In this document: in pieces, positions 46,166 through 54,923 of the stretch
Layout: every line of letters starts with the position of its first letter
How positions within the stretch are numbered: position 1 is the first letter of the stretch
NCBI GenBank assembly: GCA_016212475.1
Contig: JACRGC010000001.1
Span: forward strand, 9,862 to 73,861
Direction of reading: 5' to 3'
DNA: 64,000 nucleotides
DNA from: Candidatus Micrarchaeota archaeon
GTDB taxonomy: Archaea; Micrarchaeota; Micrarchaeia; Norongarragalinales; SBBD01
The notes under the pieces: model-generated
The model's database searches: none
What the model saw: only the letters and a program-made list of their open reading frames with translations
What the model was told of the DNA's origin: nothing
Made by a program: the position numbers and the translations under genes

Positions 46166-47104
46166 TCAATTAAAAATCAAAGTTGCAAATGCAAGCAATC
46201 CAAGAAGGATTGCAACAAGCGTGTAGTTCCTTGTTTTTTTGAAGTTTTTCTCATTTTGCTTATCTGCAAGCAGCAAAAGCGATTTGATCAGCAACAGGTT
46301 GTTTGCATAAATCAGGAATGCATACGGCGAAACATATTGCTGTTGCATTGGCTGCCAGCTTAGCATTATTGCTATTCCAAAAAGAACCGCTGCCAACAGG
46401 ATCGTGTTTTTTGGTCCAAGAGCCATTGGAAGCGTTTTTGCCCCGATTTTCCTATCCCCCTCAACATCCCTAAGAGTGATGATCAATTCCCTTCCAACCC
46501 CTGCAAAAAACGAAATCCCAACAAAGAGCAGAATTATTGGCTGAATAACTAGAGCAACTGCAAAATTCCCGTAAATGAATGAGATTGCCATGCTGCTTGC
46601 AATGAAAACGTTCCCAACCAATGGAAGAGGCTTCAAAACCTTATCATAGATTGCAGAAAGGAATGCAAAAACCAGTGCAATTGCAAAGCAATTGAAATTG
46701 ACAAATAGCGAAAGCAAAAGCCCAAGGCACATGAGGAATAGGGATGCCTTCAAAGCGATTTCCTTTCCAATTCTTCCTCCAACAATGGGCCGTTCCTTCC
46801 TTCCATTGAGCCTATCCGTTTCAAACCCGAAATAATCATTCAAAATGAACGCTCCGGCTGTTATAAAAAATGGTCCAAGCGCTGGAAACAAATTGGCATA
46901 TGTAATAGCAAAACTCCCTCCGGAAAATTTGGCGGATAGCGCCTGCGAAATAACTATTGCAATTGCAACAAGCGCGGAATGCTCTATGCGCGCAAGTTTT
47001 AGCCAGTCATTCAAACTTCCAATCTTTGAAGAAGTGCCCTTGCTCTTGTTAGGTGCCAAATCCCTTTTCCTTCCATTTCTTATTTTATTTTTCTTTTTTG
47101 CCAT
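46166..47104 (-). CDS. UbiA-family prenyltransferase (likely digeranylgeranylglyceryl phosphate synthase)
   Basis: ATG at 47104 (MAKKKNK...). The reported start at 47158 overlaps the upstream gene. LARIEHSALVA... and LNDYFGFETDRLN (NDxxDxxxD) on a multi-TM protein. Confidence 0.75.
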   Translation of the reverse strand: MAKKKNKIRNGRKRDLAPNKSKGTSSKIGSLNDWLKLARIEHSALVAIAIVISQALSAKFSGGSFAITYANLFPALGPFFITAGAFILNDYFGFETDRLNGRKERPIVGGRIGKEIALKASLFLMCLGLLLSLFVNFNCFAIALVFAFLSAIYDKVLKPLPLVGNVFIASSMAISFIYGNFAVALVIQPIILLFVGISFFAGVGRELIITLRDVEGDRKIGAKTLPMALGPKNTILLAAVLFGIAIMLSWQPMQQQYVSPYAFLIYANNLLLIKSLLLLADKQNEKNFKKTRNYTLVAILLGLLAFATLIFN

Positions 47105-47106
47105 TT

Positions 47107-47943
47107 TCAGATCGCAAGTATTTTTGGCGTCTTTTCCCTTATATATACTAGCACGCAAAGGCTTAGCAGTGGAAACACAACCAGGTACGCAAAATAGATA
47201 TCATTTGGAGTAAGCGTCAATGAAAGCACTGCCGAACCTATGACAACATACGTTGCAAAAAGTGCAGGGACAATGCAGCTAACCGCAATGAATGCAATTC
47301 CAAGAAGGGATGATTTTGCAAAATATTCCTGCGCTTTGGTTTTTTGATGAAAAGAAACCTGGTCTGCAAGATTGGCAATTCCACTGGATTTTGCGCCCGA
47401 CCTGTATTCGGCTATCAGCAATTGGCAAGCCTTCCTTGCAAATTCGCTATCAACCCTTCTTCCAATATTTGAAATCGCTTTTTCCATCCCCAAAATTTCC
47501 ATTTCACGAAGAACAATTGAAAATTCCTCCCCAAGTTCCCCAAATCCCCCATTGGAAACATCCTTGAGGATTTTCTCAAATGGCAAATCCATTTCAATTT
47601 TAAGTGAAATTGCCCTAAGCGCCATTGGAAGGTGGATTTCAATTTCCTCCGCTCGCTTTTTTTTCAGGTAAAACGGAAGGAAAAGAATAAGCGAAACAAA
47701 AATCAGAATTGCAATTGGCAAAAACAGCAAAGCAGCAAAATTGCCCGAGTAATAAAACGCAATCAGTGAACCTAAAATTCCGGAAAATACGCCAACCGTA
47801 ATTGAAAACTGCGCCCACTCCCATGCCAAAACATCAATTTTTGAAAATTCAAGTTCTTTTTGCAAAAAATCAAAGTTAGAATTAGGGATATATCTATTCC
47901 ATTCAACCAATGAAGCAATTTCCCGAATTATTTGGCTTTTCAA
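47107..47943 (-). CDS. type II secretion system F-domain membrane protein (FlaJ/TadC-like pilus assembly)
   Basis: 278 aa. N-terminal TM pair, cytoplasmic domain with LPMALRAISLKIEMDLPFEKILKDVSNGGFGELGEEF, and C-terminal TMs. This is a single T2SSF domain. Confidence 0.5.
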   Translation of the reverse strand: MKSQIIREIASLVEWNRYIPNSNFDFLQKELEFSKIDVLAWEWAQFSITVGVFSGILGSLIAFYYSGNFAALLFLPIAILIFVSLILFLPFYLKKKRAEEIEIHLPMALRAISLKIEMDLPFEKILKDVSNGGFGELGEEFSIVLREMEILGMEKAISNIGRRVDSEFARKACQLLIAEYRSGAKSSGIANLADQVSFHQKTKAQEYFAKSSLLGIAFIAVSCIVPALFATYVVIGSAVLSLTLTPNDIYFAYLVVFPLLSLCVLVYIREKTPKILAI

Positions 47944-47972
47944 TCAAATTTCGTCTCCCACGACAAAATTAA

Positions 47973-48407
47973 TTACTTTTTCTTCTTCTTTTCAGCTGGC
48001 TTTTCCTCCTTTGGCTTTTGGTCCTTTGGAGTCAATTTGTAACCAAGCTCTTCAAGCGTTTTTGGTCCGTATTCGACAATCTTCAAATTAAGTTGGTGGA
48101 TTGAAGCGGAAACAGTGTTGCCAACAATTGCCTTCATCTTCCTAAAACCTTTCCTTCTGATTTTGATCCCAGGCGCCCTTGACAATACCAGTTTGGTTCT
48201 TTTTTGTCCTTGCACTTCTGGCCTCATTGGTATGCCATCCTTGTCGGATCCGCCCCTAATTTCCAGAGTATAGCCTGGAAGATCTGCAATGAAATTCCCA
48301 TCCACTTTTTCCCCAACTTTCTTGCCATAAAGCATGGCCTCCTTTTCCTTTGGGATTTCCTTTTGATAGCTCTTCCCTGCCTTCACATCATTTAATACCA
48401 ATTTCAT
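47973..48407 (-). CDS. rps6e: ribosomal protein S6e
   Basis: MKLVLNDVKAGKSYQKEIP...GNFIADLPGYTLEIRGGSDKDGIPMRPEVQGQKRTKL... with a Lys-rich tail. Reported ORF starts 15 codons upstream at 48452. Confidence 0.8.
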   Translation of the reverse strand: MKLVLNDVKAGKSYQKEIPKEKEAMLYGKKVGEKVDGNFIADLPGYTLEIRGGSDKDGIPMRPEVQGQKRTKLVLSRAPGIKIRRKGFRKMKAIVGNTVSASIHQLNLKIVEYGPKTLEELGYKLTPKDQKPKEEKPAEKKKKK

Positions 48408-48523
48408 TTCCAATGCACCTTTGTAAGATTTTGCCATTCGATAGTATAGCAATTTAAAACATGCTCCCTGAAAGAATAAGCAGAAAGTAAATGCAAATAT
48501 GATATTTTAAGGTTATCGTCTGA

Positions 48524-48575
48524 CACCTCCAGGGGAGATATCTCCCCTACGCGTGTCGCCCCTACCCCTCTTATT
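48524..48575. promoter_or_regulatory. conserved intergenic element with perfect palindrome aggggagatatctcccct (copy of 9866-9925)
   Basis: Palindrome at 48531-48548, then ctacgcgtgtcgcccctacccctc. Located between divergent rps6e and trpS. Confidence 0.4.
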
Positions 48576-48648
48576 TGCATTTGCGTATTTTATCTTGGTT
48601 TGGCTGATTGCCCAAACCCCCCCTTAGGCTGAAATTCGGTGTAGAAAT

Positions 48649-49767
48649 ATGGCAAAGGATTTTGTTGTAACCCCTTGGAAAGTCGAAGGTGATATCGATT
48701 ACAATCGCCTAATCAAGGAATTTGGCACAGAGCATTTGGATGATGCGCTACTTCACCGGATAAAAAAGCTAACCGGAGAATTGCACCCATTCCTTAGGCG
48801 CAAAATCTTCTTTTCCCACAGGGACATGAACTGGCTATTGGACGAATACGAAAAAGGCAACAAATTCTACCTCTATACCGGAAGGGGTCCATCCGGAAAC
48901 ACCCATATTGGGCATCTTGTCCCTTGGCTGTTCACTAAATGGTTGCAGGACAAATTCGATGTTCTCCTCTATTTTCAAATGACGGATGATGAAAAATTCC
49001 TCTTCAAGGACAATTTGAGTTTAACGCAAACCAATTCCCTCGCGTATGAAAACGCCCTTGATGTTATAGCGCTTGGATTCAAGCAAGGAAAGACGCACAT
49101 TTTTACGAACACGGACTACTCCAAAACACTCTACAAAAACGCCCTTCTCGTAGCCAAAAAGATAACCGTTTCAACAACAAAAGCGGTTTTTGGCTTCAAC
49201 GATTCCAATAACGTGGGCGAGCTGTTTTTCACATCAATGCAAGCAGTCCCTGCTTTCCTTCCGTCAGTTTTGAAGGGCAAAAACATTCCCTGCCTGATAC
49301 CGCATGCAATAGATCAGGATGCGCATTTCCGTGTTGCTCGGGATGTCCTTCCAAAGCTTGGCTTTTACAAACCAGCTGCTATCCATTGCAGGTTCCTTCC
49401 GGCGCTTGGGATTGGGGGCAAGATGAGCGCTTCTGAAAAGGATTCGGCAATTTATACAACTGATTCAGCTGATGAAATTGAAAAGAAAGTGAAAAAATAT
49501 GCATTTTCCGGAGGAAGGGCAACAATTGAAGAGCACCGAAAACTCGGCGGAAACCCCGATATTGATGTTCCCTACCAATGGCTTAGCTTTTTTGAAGAGG
49601 ATGATTCCAAGCTTAAAAAAATCCATGATGATTACAAATCCGGCAAACTCCTATCCGGCGAATTAAAGCTCATTCTAATTGAAAAGCTGCAAGTTTTCCT
49701 AAAAGAGCACCAACGGAAAAGAGAATCGGCTAGGAAAGTGCTAGACAAATTTATTTTGAAGGATTGA
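48649..49767 (+). CDS. trpS: tryptophanyl-tRNA synthetase (archaeal/eukaryotic type)
   Basis: 372 aa. YTGRGPSGNTHIGHL (HIGH), QMTDDEKF and GKMSASEKDSAIY (KMSAS) are TrpRS-typical class I motifs. Confidence 0.8.
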   Translation: MAKDFVVTPWKVEGDIDYNRLIKEFGTEHLDDALLHRIKKLTGELHPFLRRKIFFSHRDMNWLLDEYEKGNKFYLYTGRGPSGNTHIGHLVPWLFTKWLQDKFDVLLYFQMTDDEKFLFKDNLSLTQTNSLAYENALDVIALGFKQGKTHIFTNTDYSKTLYKNALLVAKKITVSTTKAVFGFNDSNNVGELFFTSMQAVPAFLPSVLKGKNIPCLIPHAIDQDAHFRVARDVLPKLGFYKPAAIHCRFLPALGIGGKMSASEKDSAIYTTDSADEIEKKVKKYAFSGGRATIEEHRKLGGNPDIDVPYQWLSFFEEDDSKLKKIHDDYKSGKLLSGELKLILIEKLQVFLKEHQRKRESARKVLDKFILKD

Positions 49768-49836
49768 GAGATTTGCAGAATTGTTGGGCGGGACTTTTAG
49801 AATTATTTTGCTTAATCTACGTCCCAATTCTTATTT

Positions 49837-50511
49837 TCACTTATTTGGTATTTGCGCGCAAATTGAAATTTCCGGGCACTGGGCTCCAAGAGCTGAATTT
49901 GGGCAGTTTGCAATCCCCTTGCTCATTGTGATTTCATACGATCTGGCTTTTGTTGTAAGCGTGCTCCATCTTGAAACCGAAGTGGTCGGATCATCTACAT
50001 TGTAAACTCTATCTAACCCATTTTCGCAATCCGCACCTCCATCCGGGCATGGCGCATTTGTAATATCTTCACATTCCGGATTTTGGCTTTGTGCAAGTAC
50101 CATATCGCCAGCAACATCCACGCAAATCTCATCAGAAGAAGTATAGGTTTGGGTTGCTTTGTTAAATGATGCAATTTGAAGCTTCCAGCAGCCAGCAAAA
50201 TGGCCAGGGCAAGCTCCGCAGTACTGCGGCCTTGAGAAATAAACAAAACGCAAAAGATCCGTGCTGCGGCTTCCGCAATCCGGAAGCGTCAGATAGATTT
50301 TCCTGCTTGCAGGAGGGGATTGGAGTGCAAGATCCTGCATTGCCAGCTGTATCTTTTGGATTTCTCCCTTGACGGTTGATTGGCACTGCTGCTCGGAAGT
50401 ATTCCCAAAAATCAGCATTGCAATTGATAGGGATGCCAGCAGTATGATGATTGAAATCACCAGTTCAACCGGAGCGTCGACTTGGCTTTTTATCCGCCTA
50501 AAATTAACCAT
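49837..50511 (-). CDS. class III signal peptide (pilin-like) Cys-rich secreted protein
   Basis: N-terminus RRIKSQVDAPVELVISIIILLASLSIAMLIF. Mature part has at least 14 Cys. Confidence 0.45.
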   Translation of the reverse strand: MVNFRRIKSQVDAPVELVISIIILLASLSIAMLIFGNTSEQQCQSTVKGEIQKIQLAMQDLALQSPPASRKIYLTLPDCGSRSTDLLRFVYFSRPQYCGACPGHFAGCWKLQIASFNKATQTYTSSDEICVDVAGDMVLAQSQNPECEDITNAPCPDGGADCENGLDRVYNVDDPTTSVSRWSTLTTKARSYEITMSKGIANCPNSALGAQCPEISICAQIPNK

Positions 50512-50566
50512 AACAATTGAACGATTTTAGGGTATAATAATTGATTTCCCTCAGGAAAATTCATTT

Positions 50567-51037
50567 TTATGAAATCCCGCAAGCATCTACGCAATCCTTA
50601 GTTGCATCTGATGGCGTTCTGGAAAAGCTTACGCAATATTTAGGCATAATTTCCCTATCCTTGTTGACGCAAGCACCCATGTAAACCTCATATTTCGATT
50701 TTGCCTTGAATACATTGTTTTCGATTGAAAATGGCTCTCCGTTGCATATTCCAGAATCTTTGCACACAAATGTAAATTCATCTTCCTGAACTGGCAATTC
50801 TCCAAGAGCTTCTTTCCTATACATTGAAGTGCCGGGCTCAAAAGATACTTTTGAAGGGGCACTAGTGCCAAATCCCTTCGAATATTGCAAAGTCAATTCT
50901 TTGTTGATTATACTTTTTGCATCATTTCCCGGAGGTTTAATTTGGCTAATTATGAATAGAATGATTCCTAAAATAGCAAGTGCCACAATGACGCTGATAA
51001 CCAAATTCATTGATTCGAATGCTTGTCCTCGTTTCAT
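50567..51037 (-). CDS. archaeal type IV pilin-like protein (class III signal peptide)
   Basis: MKRGQAFESMNLVISVIVALAILGIILF is the canonical K/R-G-Q prepilin peptidase site plus a hydrophobic helix. It is a paralog of the 51237-51719 gene. Confidence 0.6.
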   Translation of the reverse strand: MKRGQAFESMNLVISVIVALAILGIILFIISQIKPPGNDAKSIINKELTLQYSKGFGTSAPSKVSFEPGTSMYRKEALGELPVQEDEFTFVCKDSGICNGEPFSIENNVFKAKSKYEVYMGACVNKDREIMPKYCVSFSRTPSDATKDCVDACGIS

Positions 51038-51225
51038 TTTATCACCATTTTTAATAGAAAATTTGCAGTCCCAACAATGCTTTTGCTCTCGGCCAAATTG
51101 CCGCTTGCCGTATCCGACGCCCCCCTAAGTATTGGCTTTAGCATCGTGAAAATCAAGATTGCGGCAATTACCATTACAATCAGCATGTAAATTGGTGTCC
51201 ATTCGCTTGCGCCCTTAAGTTTCAA
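51034..51225 (-). CDS. small pilin-like protein
   Basis: 63 aa. MKLKGASEWTPIYMLIVMVIAAILIF. Overlaps the downstream gene by 4 nt. Confidence 0.35.
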   Translation of the reverse strand: MKLKGASEWTPIYMLIVMVIAAILIFTMLKPILRGASDTASGNLAESKSIVGTANFLLKMVIK

Positions 51226-51236
51226 TTGGTTTCACC

Positions 51237-51719
51237 TTAGCCTCCAAGGCATCCCTTGTCGCATGATTCGGTTGCGCCTGTTTCCGTCCTCGAAAATGCA
51301 ACGCAGTATTTTGCGCCATTGTCATTGCTTGCATCCCCGCAAACCGCAACGAAAACTTCGACGTTGTTTTTGATCACTACTCTTTTATCGTCCTTTTCCA
51401 ATGAAATTGCCTTATCCGATCCGCAAATTGCATCATCATCGCAAACGAACTTCACATCATCTTCAAGAATTGGAATATCCGTGATTACCCCCTTGACATC
51501 AATAATGGATTTTGAAAGTGTAAGTTTTCTTGGCACTTCAATCCCATATCCCTTGGTTTGCACTTTCTTAAGATCCTGGCTCATGGTTGCTGCGGGGTCG
51601 GATGGGTTGAAAATTTTGACAATCCCAAGAATTTGCAATAATACCCCAAGGATTGCTAGCGCAACAATAACCGAAATAACCAGCATCATGGTTTCGAAAG
51701 CCTGACCTCTGTTTGCCAT
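51237..51719 (-). CDS. archaeal type IV pilin-like protein (class III signal peptide)
   Basis: MANRGQAFETMMLVISVIVALAILGVLL. Paralog of the 50567-51037 gene; both share FVC.D..IC and YCV.FSRT. Confidence 0.6.
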   Translation of the reverse strand: MANRGQAFETMMLVISVIVALAILGVLLQILGIVKIFNPSDPAATMSQDLKKVQTKGYGIEVPRKLTLSKSIIDVKGVITDIPILEDDVKFVCDDDAICGSDKAISLEKDDKRVVIKNNVEVFVAVCGDASNDNGAKYCVAFSRTETGATESCDKGCLGG

Positions 51720-51911
51720 AGTGACCTACCTCTTAAAAGCAATATTGGGATTTAAGCTTTGGCGGTTTAAAAACCTTGTGAAATCAAAGCAGACTATTTG
51801 CCTTCTATTCTATCCCATTTGAGTTGCAATCCAACTTTTTTCTCAGTATTCCTCCCAATTCTTCCGCCGCAAAGGTTATATTTTCTTCCGAACCGTATCA
51901 TTACTTGGGCG

Positions 51912-52799
51912 ATGTCCATGACCGGAGTATTCACTGATTCCTGGGAAATGTTCAAATTCAGCTTCACTTGGCTAAAAGACAAGGACAGTGTGAGGCTGTT
52001 TGCAGCTTCCTCGCTTCTTGCGATTTCATACGTTTTCATATCCTCCTTTTTCCTTGGCTGGGATGGCGCGCAAGATTTCAGCCAATATTACATGAATTCC
52101 ATATCCGGGAAAGCCACTTATGATTCCTCGACAATGCTATTCCTTGGGGCAATTGGAGTTGTGGTTTTCCTATTGCAATTATGGCTTTCAACCGAAGCAT
52201 TTGTCAATGCATTGAACAAGGTTGGCATTAAAACCCCCCGGTTCAATTTTACGCGTATTTTTAAATTCATTCTGGTCTATATCGGCACGGTTTTAGCTGC
52301 GTTTTTCTCAACTTATGATTTGCGCTTCCTTGCAATTCCGGCCCTTGCAATTATTATCCTTCTGGCTGCGCCGGCAGAATTTTTGATTTCGGCAATCCTT
52401 TTGGCCCTTTACCTTGTTGTAATCGGCTACTTTTCGTTCAGGCTTATGTTTTCGATTGATTTTTACCTAATAAAAAAAAGCGGCATTAGGGAATCATTAG
52501 ACCTTACATATTCGCTAACAAAAGGCAGGGTAAAAAAAATATTCCTAAGGTATATTGCAGTCATGTTCCTATTGATAGTTATCATGGCATTGGCAGGGTT
52601 GGTCTTTGGGATGATTTTTGCAATCATTGGGTACTTTTCCCAGAATGCTTTCTATAGTCTTGCTTTAACGAAAATATTCGATTCGATTCTAAATGTGGGT
52701 TTGAATTTTGGAATGATGTATTTCGGGGCTTACCTGCTTTTCCTTGTTGTAACCTGGGCTGGCAAATCCTCGCCAATCAAGTTTGCAAGGAAAAAATAG
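51912..52799 (+). CDS. hypothetical polytopic membrane protein
   Basis: ATG at 51912 (MSMTGVFTDSW). About 7 TM segments. No motif recognised. Confidence 0.4.
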   Translation: MSMTGVFTDSWEMFKFSFTWLKDKDSVRLFAASSLLAISYVFISSFFLGWDGAQDFSQYYMNSISGKATYDSSTMLFLGAIGVVVFLLQLWLSTEAFVNALNKVGIKTPRFNFTRIFKFILVYIGTVLAAFFSTYDLRFLAIPALAIIILLAAPAEFLISAILLALYLVVIGYFSFRLMFSIDFYLIKKSGIRESLDLTYSLTKGRVKKIFLRYIAVMFLLIVIMALAGLVFGMIFAIIGYFSQNAFYSLALTKIFDSILNVGLNFGMMYFGAYLLFLVVTWAGKSSPIKFARKK

Positions 52800-52821
52800 C
52801 CTGAAAAATAATTTATTCCGT

Positions 52822-53355
52822 TTAAAATTGGGGTTTGGGTTTACGTCTTATTTTCATCCCAATTTCGCATTCATTGATACTTGCCTCGATTTTTTTCCTA
52901 AGCGCTCCAAGCCTTGTCTTGTTGAAAAAAACCGGGAGCTTTTTCTTCCACCTATTTGTTATCCTGCCCGCCATTCCCCTGCCGATATTGTCGTTTTCAA
53001 TTGATTCGAAAAGGCCCTTCACCACTTCCCTTGCAGCCAAAATGTCTTTCTTACTTGCCAAAATTATCGTTGCATTCTTGATTTTTGGGTGTTTTTCATC
53101 CATTTCAAGCACCTTGAATTCGCTTCCAATAATCCTTTTGCTTGCATGCCCGAATTTGAGCCTGTTTTCAGGATCAAAAAACAGCTGAGTGCCATTTTTC
53201 ATATCCGTTAGTGCAAAATAAGGCTTTTCCCCCCTCCCAATATCCATCCAGTAGTTTTCGCTATAAATTCCCCTCCTTCCTTGCGGCTGTTTTGAAAATA
53301 GCTGAAGGATTCCGATTGGATGCTTCCCAAATGAGAACGCGCTTTCCGGTTTCAT
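52822..53355 (-). CDS. hypothetical protein
   Basis: 177-aa ORF, basic. No family recognised. Confidence 0.35.
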   Translation of the reverse strand: MKPESAFSFGKHPIGILQLFSKQPQGRRGIYSENYWMDIGRGEKPYFALTDMKNGTQLFFDPENRLKFGHASKRIIGSEFKVLEMDEKHPKIKNATIILASKKDILAAREVVKGLFESIENDNIGRGMAGRITNRWKKKLPVFFNKTRLGALRKKIEASINECEIGMKIRRKPKPQF

Positions 53356-53881
53356 ATGCTATTAGTTGCCTATCCGGAATAATATGGTTTGCCTTTGAAT
53401 CCAGCATGTTTTGCAAAATATTCCAAAATCAGCAAATAAAAACAATTATTAACCGGCAAATGCCAAATATGTAAAAGCAATAGCTCAGATCGTAACAATG
53501 CGTCATCAAAACCCTAGGCAGGTTTTTCAGGAGGTTCTTTTTTCATCATCGCTATTGCTTCCTCCTTGCAGGGAGGGCGCTAGCGTGATGATTTTATTTT
53601 AAAACCACTAATTGACTTTTCTAGCCCTAATTTTTCCGGCATATTGTTCGCCATTATGCCTCCGACGACTAGAAGTTGCACTATTTCAAGCTTATATTAA
53701 TTTTTAGGGGTGCTTTCGGGTGGTTTAAGAGTGTGGGGCAAATTCAGTCCAAACTACTAATTCAACAAGTAAAGCCCAAATGTAATTGGCTATTTTTCTT
53801 TTCCATTTTCGAGTTTGACGTCTATCAAAAATGGCAAATGCCCCCCCTTACAAATGATTTTATAGCCTTGGGATAAATACT

Positions 53882-54469
53882 GTGATTATGGGCAAACCAT
53901 CAAGTATCGCATCCAGAAGAATTTTGTCCCCAAAGCAAAGTGAAGAAGTGCTCTTGGCATTGAAAGTTCGTTTTGGAAAAAACATGGAACGCCATCAGGG
54001 CCTTGAATGGGCAAAAGTTCAATCAAAGCTGGATTCTAATTCTGACAAACTGTGGCCACTTAGTGAAATGGATAGGACCGGCGGCGAGCCCGATGTCATT
54101 GGCTTTGATAAAAAAACCGGCGAATACGTTTTTTTTGATTGCTCAAAAGAAAGCCCAAGCGGCAGGAGAAGCCTTTGCTATGATAAAGAAGCGTTGGATT
54201 CAAGGAAAGAGCATAAGCCTAAAAATAGCGCAATTGGAATGGCTGTTGAAATGGGCATTGAAATTTTATCTGAAGAGCAATATAAGGAGTTGCAAAAACT
54301 TGGGAATTTCGATATGAAAACATCAAGCTGGGTGAAAACTCCTTCCGAAATCAGGAAACTCGCAGGCGCCATCTATTGTGATTTCCGCTACGGCAAGGTC
54401 TTTACATACCACAACGGTGCAGAATCCTACTATGCCGTCAGGGGATTTCGCGGTTCGCTTAGGGTATAA
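53882..54469 (+). CDS. DUF4256-like protein
   Basis: 195 aa. LSPKQSEEVLLALKVRFGKNMERHQGLEW...MDRTGGEPDVIGFD resembles the DUF4256 N-terminal pattern as remembered. Confidence 0.4.
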   Translation: MIMGKPSSIASRRILSPKQSEEVLLALKVRFGKNMERHQGLEWAKVQSKLDSNSDKLWPLSEMDRTGGEPDVIGFDKKTGEYVFFDCSKESPSGRRSLCYDKEALDSRKEHKPKNSAIGMAVEMGIEILSEEQYKELQKLGNFDMKTSSWVKTPSEIRKLAGAIYCDFRYGKVFTYHNGAESYYAVRGFRGSLRV

Positions 54470-54515
54470 ATTCGGGCTTTGAATTTTTTCCATCCAAATA
54501 CTGTAAAACAAGGAG

Positions 54516-54589
54516 TGCCGCTGGGGTGATTTGAACACCCGACATACCGGTCTTCAGCCGGACGCTCTCCCAGGCTGAGCTACAGCGGC
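54516..54589 (-). tRNA. tRNA-Phe (anticodon GAA)
   Basis: Reverse complement GCCGCTGTAGCTCAGCCTGGGAGAGCGTCCGGCTGAAGACCGGTATGTCGGGTGTTCAAATCACCCCAGCGGCA. 7-bp acceptor stem, D-arm GCTC/GAGC, anticodon loop CTGAAGA, T-arm GGGTG-TTCAAAT-CACCC, discriminator A. No intron. Confidence 0.85.
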
Positions 54590-54740
54590 AACAACAAAAT
54601 AGGGAGAAATAATACGCTTCTTAGCAGTTAAAAAACTATTTATCGAAGCCTTTGTCAAGATTCCAACTTTTAGAGGGGATTATGATCCCGGCAAAAGTTA
54701 GAATTATGGTCTTTAGTAGGGGAACGAGCAATCGGCTCAA

Positions 54741-54756
54741 GGGGGAAACTTCCCCC
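54741..54756. promoter_or_regulatory. G5-aaac-t-C5 hairpin/palindrome between the two tRNA genes
   Basis: gggggaaacttccccc. Another member of the G5..C5 palindrome family seen at 9873, 21428 and 48531. Confidence 0.3.
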
Positions 54757-54767
54757 GTCGCCGATAG

Positions 54768-54840
54768 TGCGACTGCCGGGATTTGAACCCGGGTCCCAAG
54801 ATTGGCAACCTTGTGTCCTACCAGGCTGGACTACAATCGC
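54768..54840 (-). tRNA. tRNA-Gly (anticodon GCC)
   Basis: Reverse complement GCGATTGTAGTCCAGCCTGGTAGGACACAAGGTTGCCAATCTTGGGACCCGGGTTCAAATCCCGGCAGTCGCA. Acceptor GCGATTG/CAGTCGC, D-arm GTCC/GGAC, anticodon loop TTGCCAA, T-arm CCGGG-TTCAAAT-CCCGG. Confidence 0.85.
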
Positions 54841-54923
54841 TTAGAAGGGTATGGTTATTCCTTGAAATTATTATTAACCGTTGCGGTTGGATGGATTTTG
54901 TTTAGTTTGCAATCCCTAAGTGT

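Noticed and set aside
53470-53530. tRNA-like start (gcaatagctcagatcg)
   Set aside because: No T-arm (GTTCRANYC) or acceptor complement follows. Not a tRNA.
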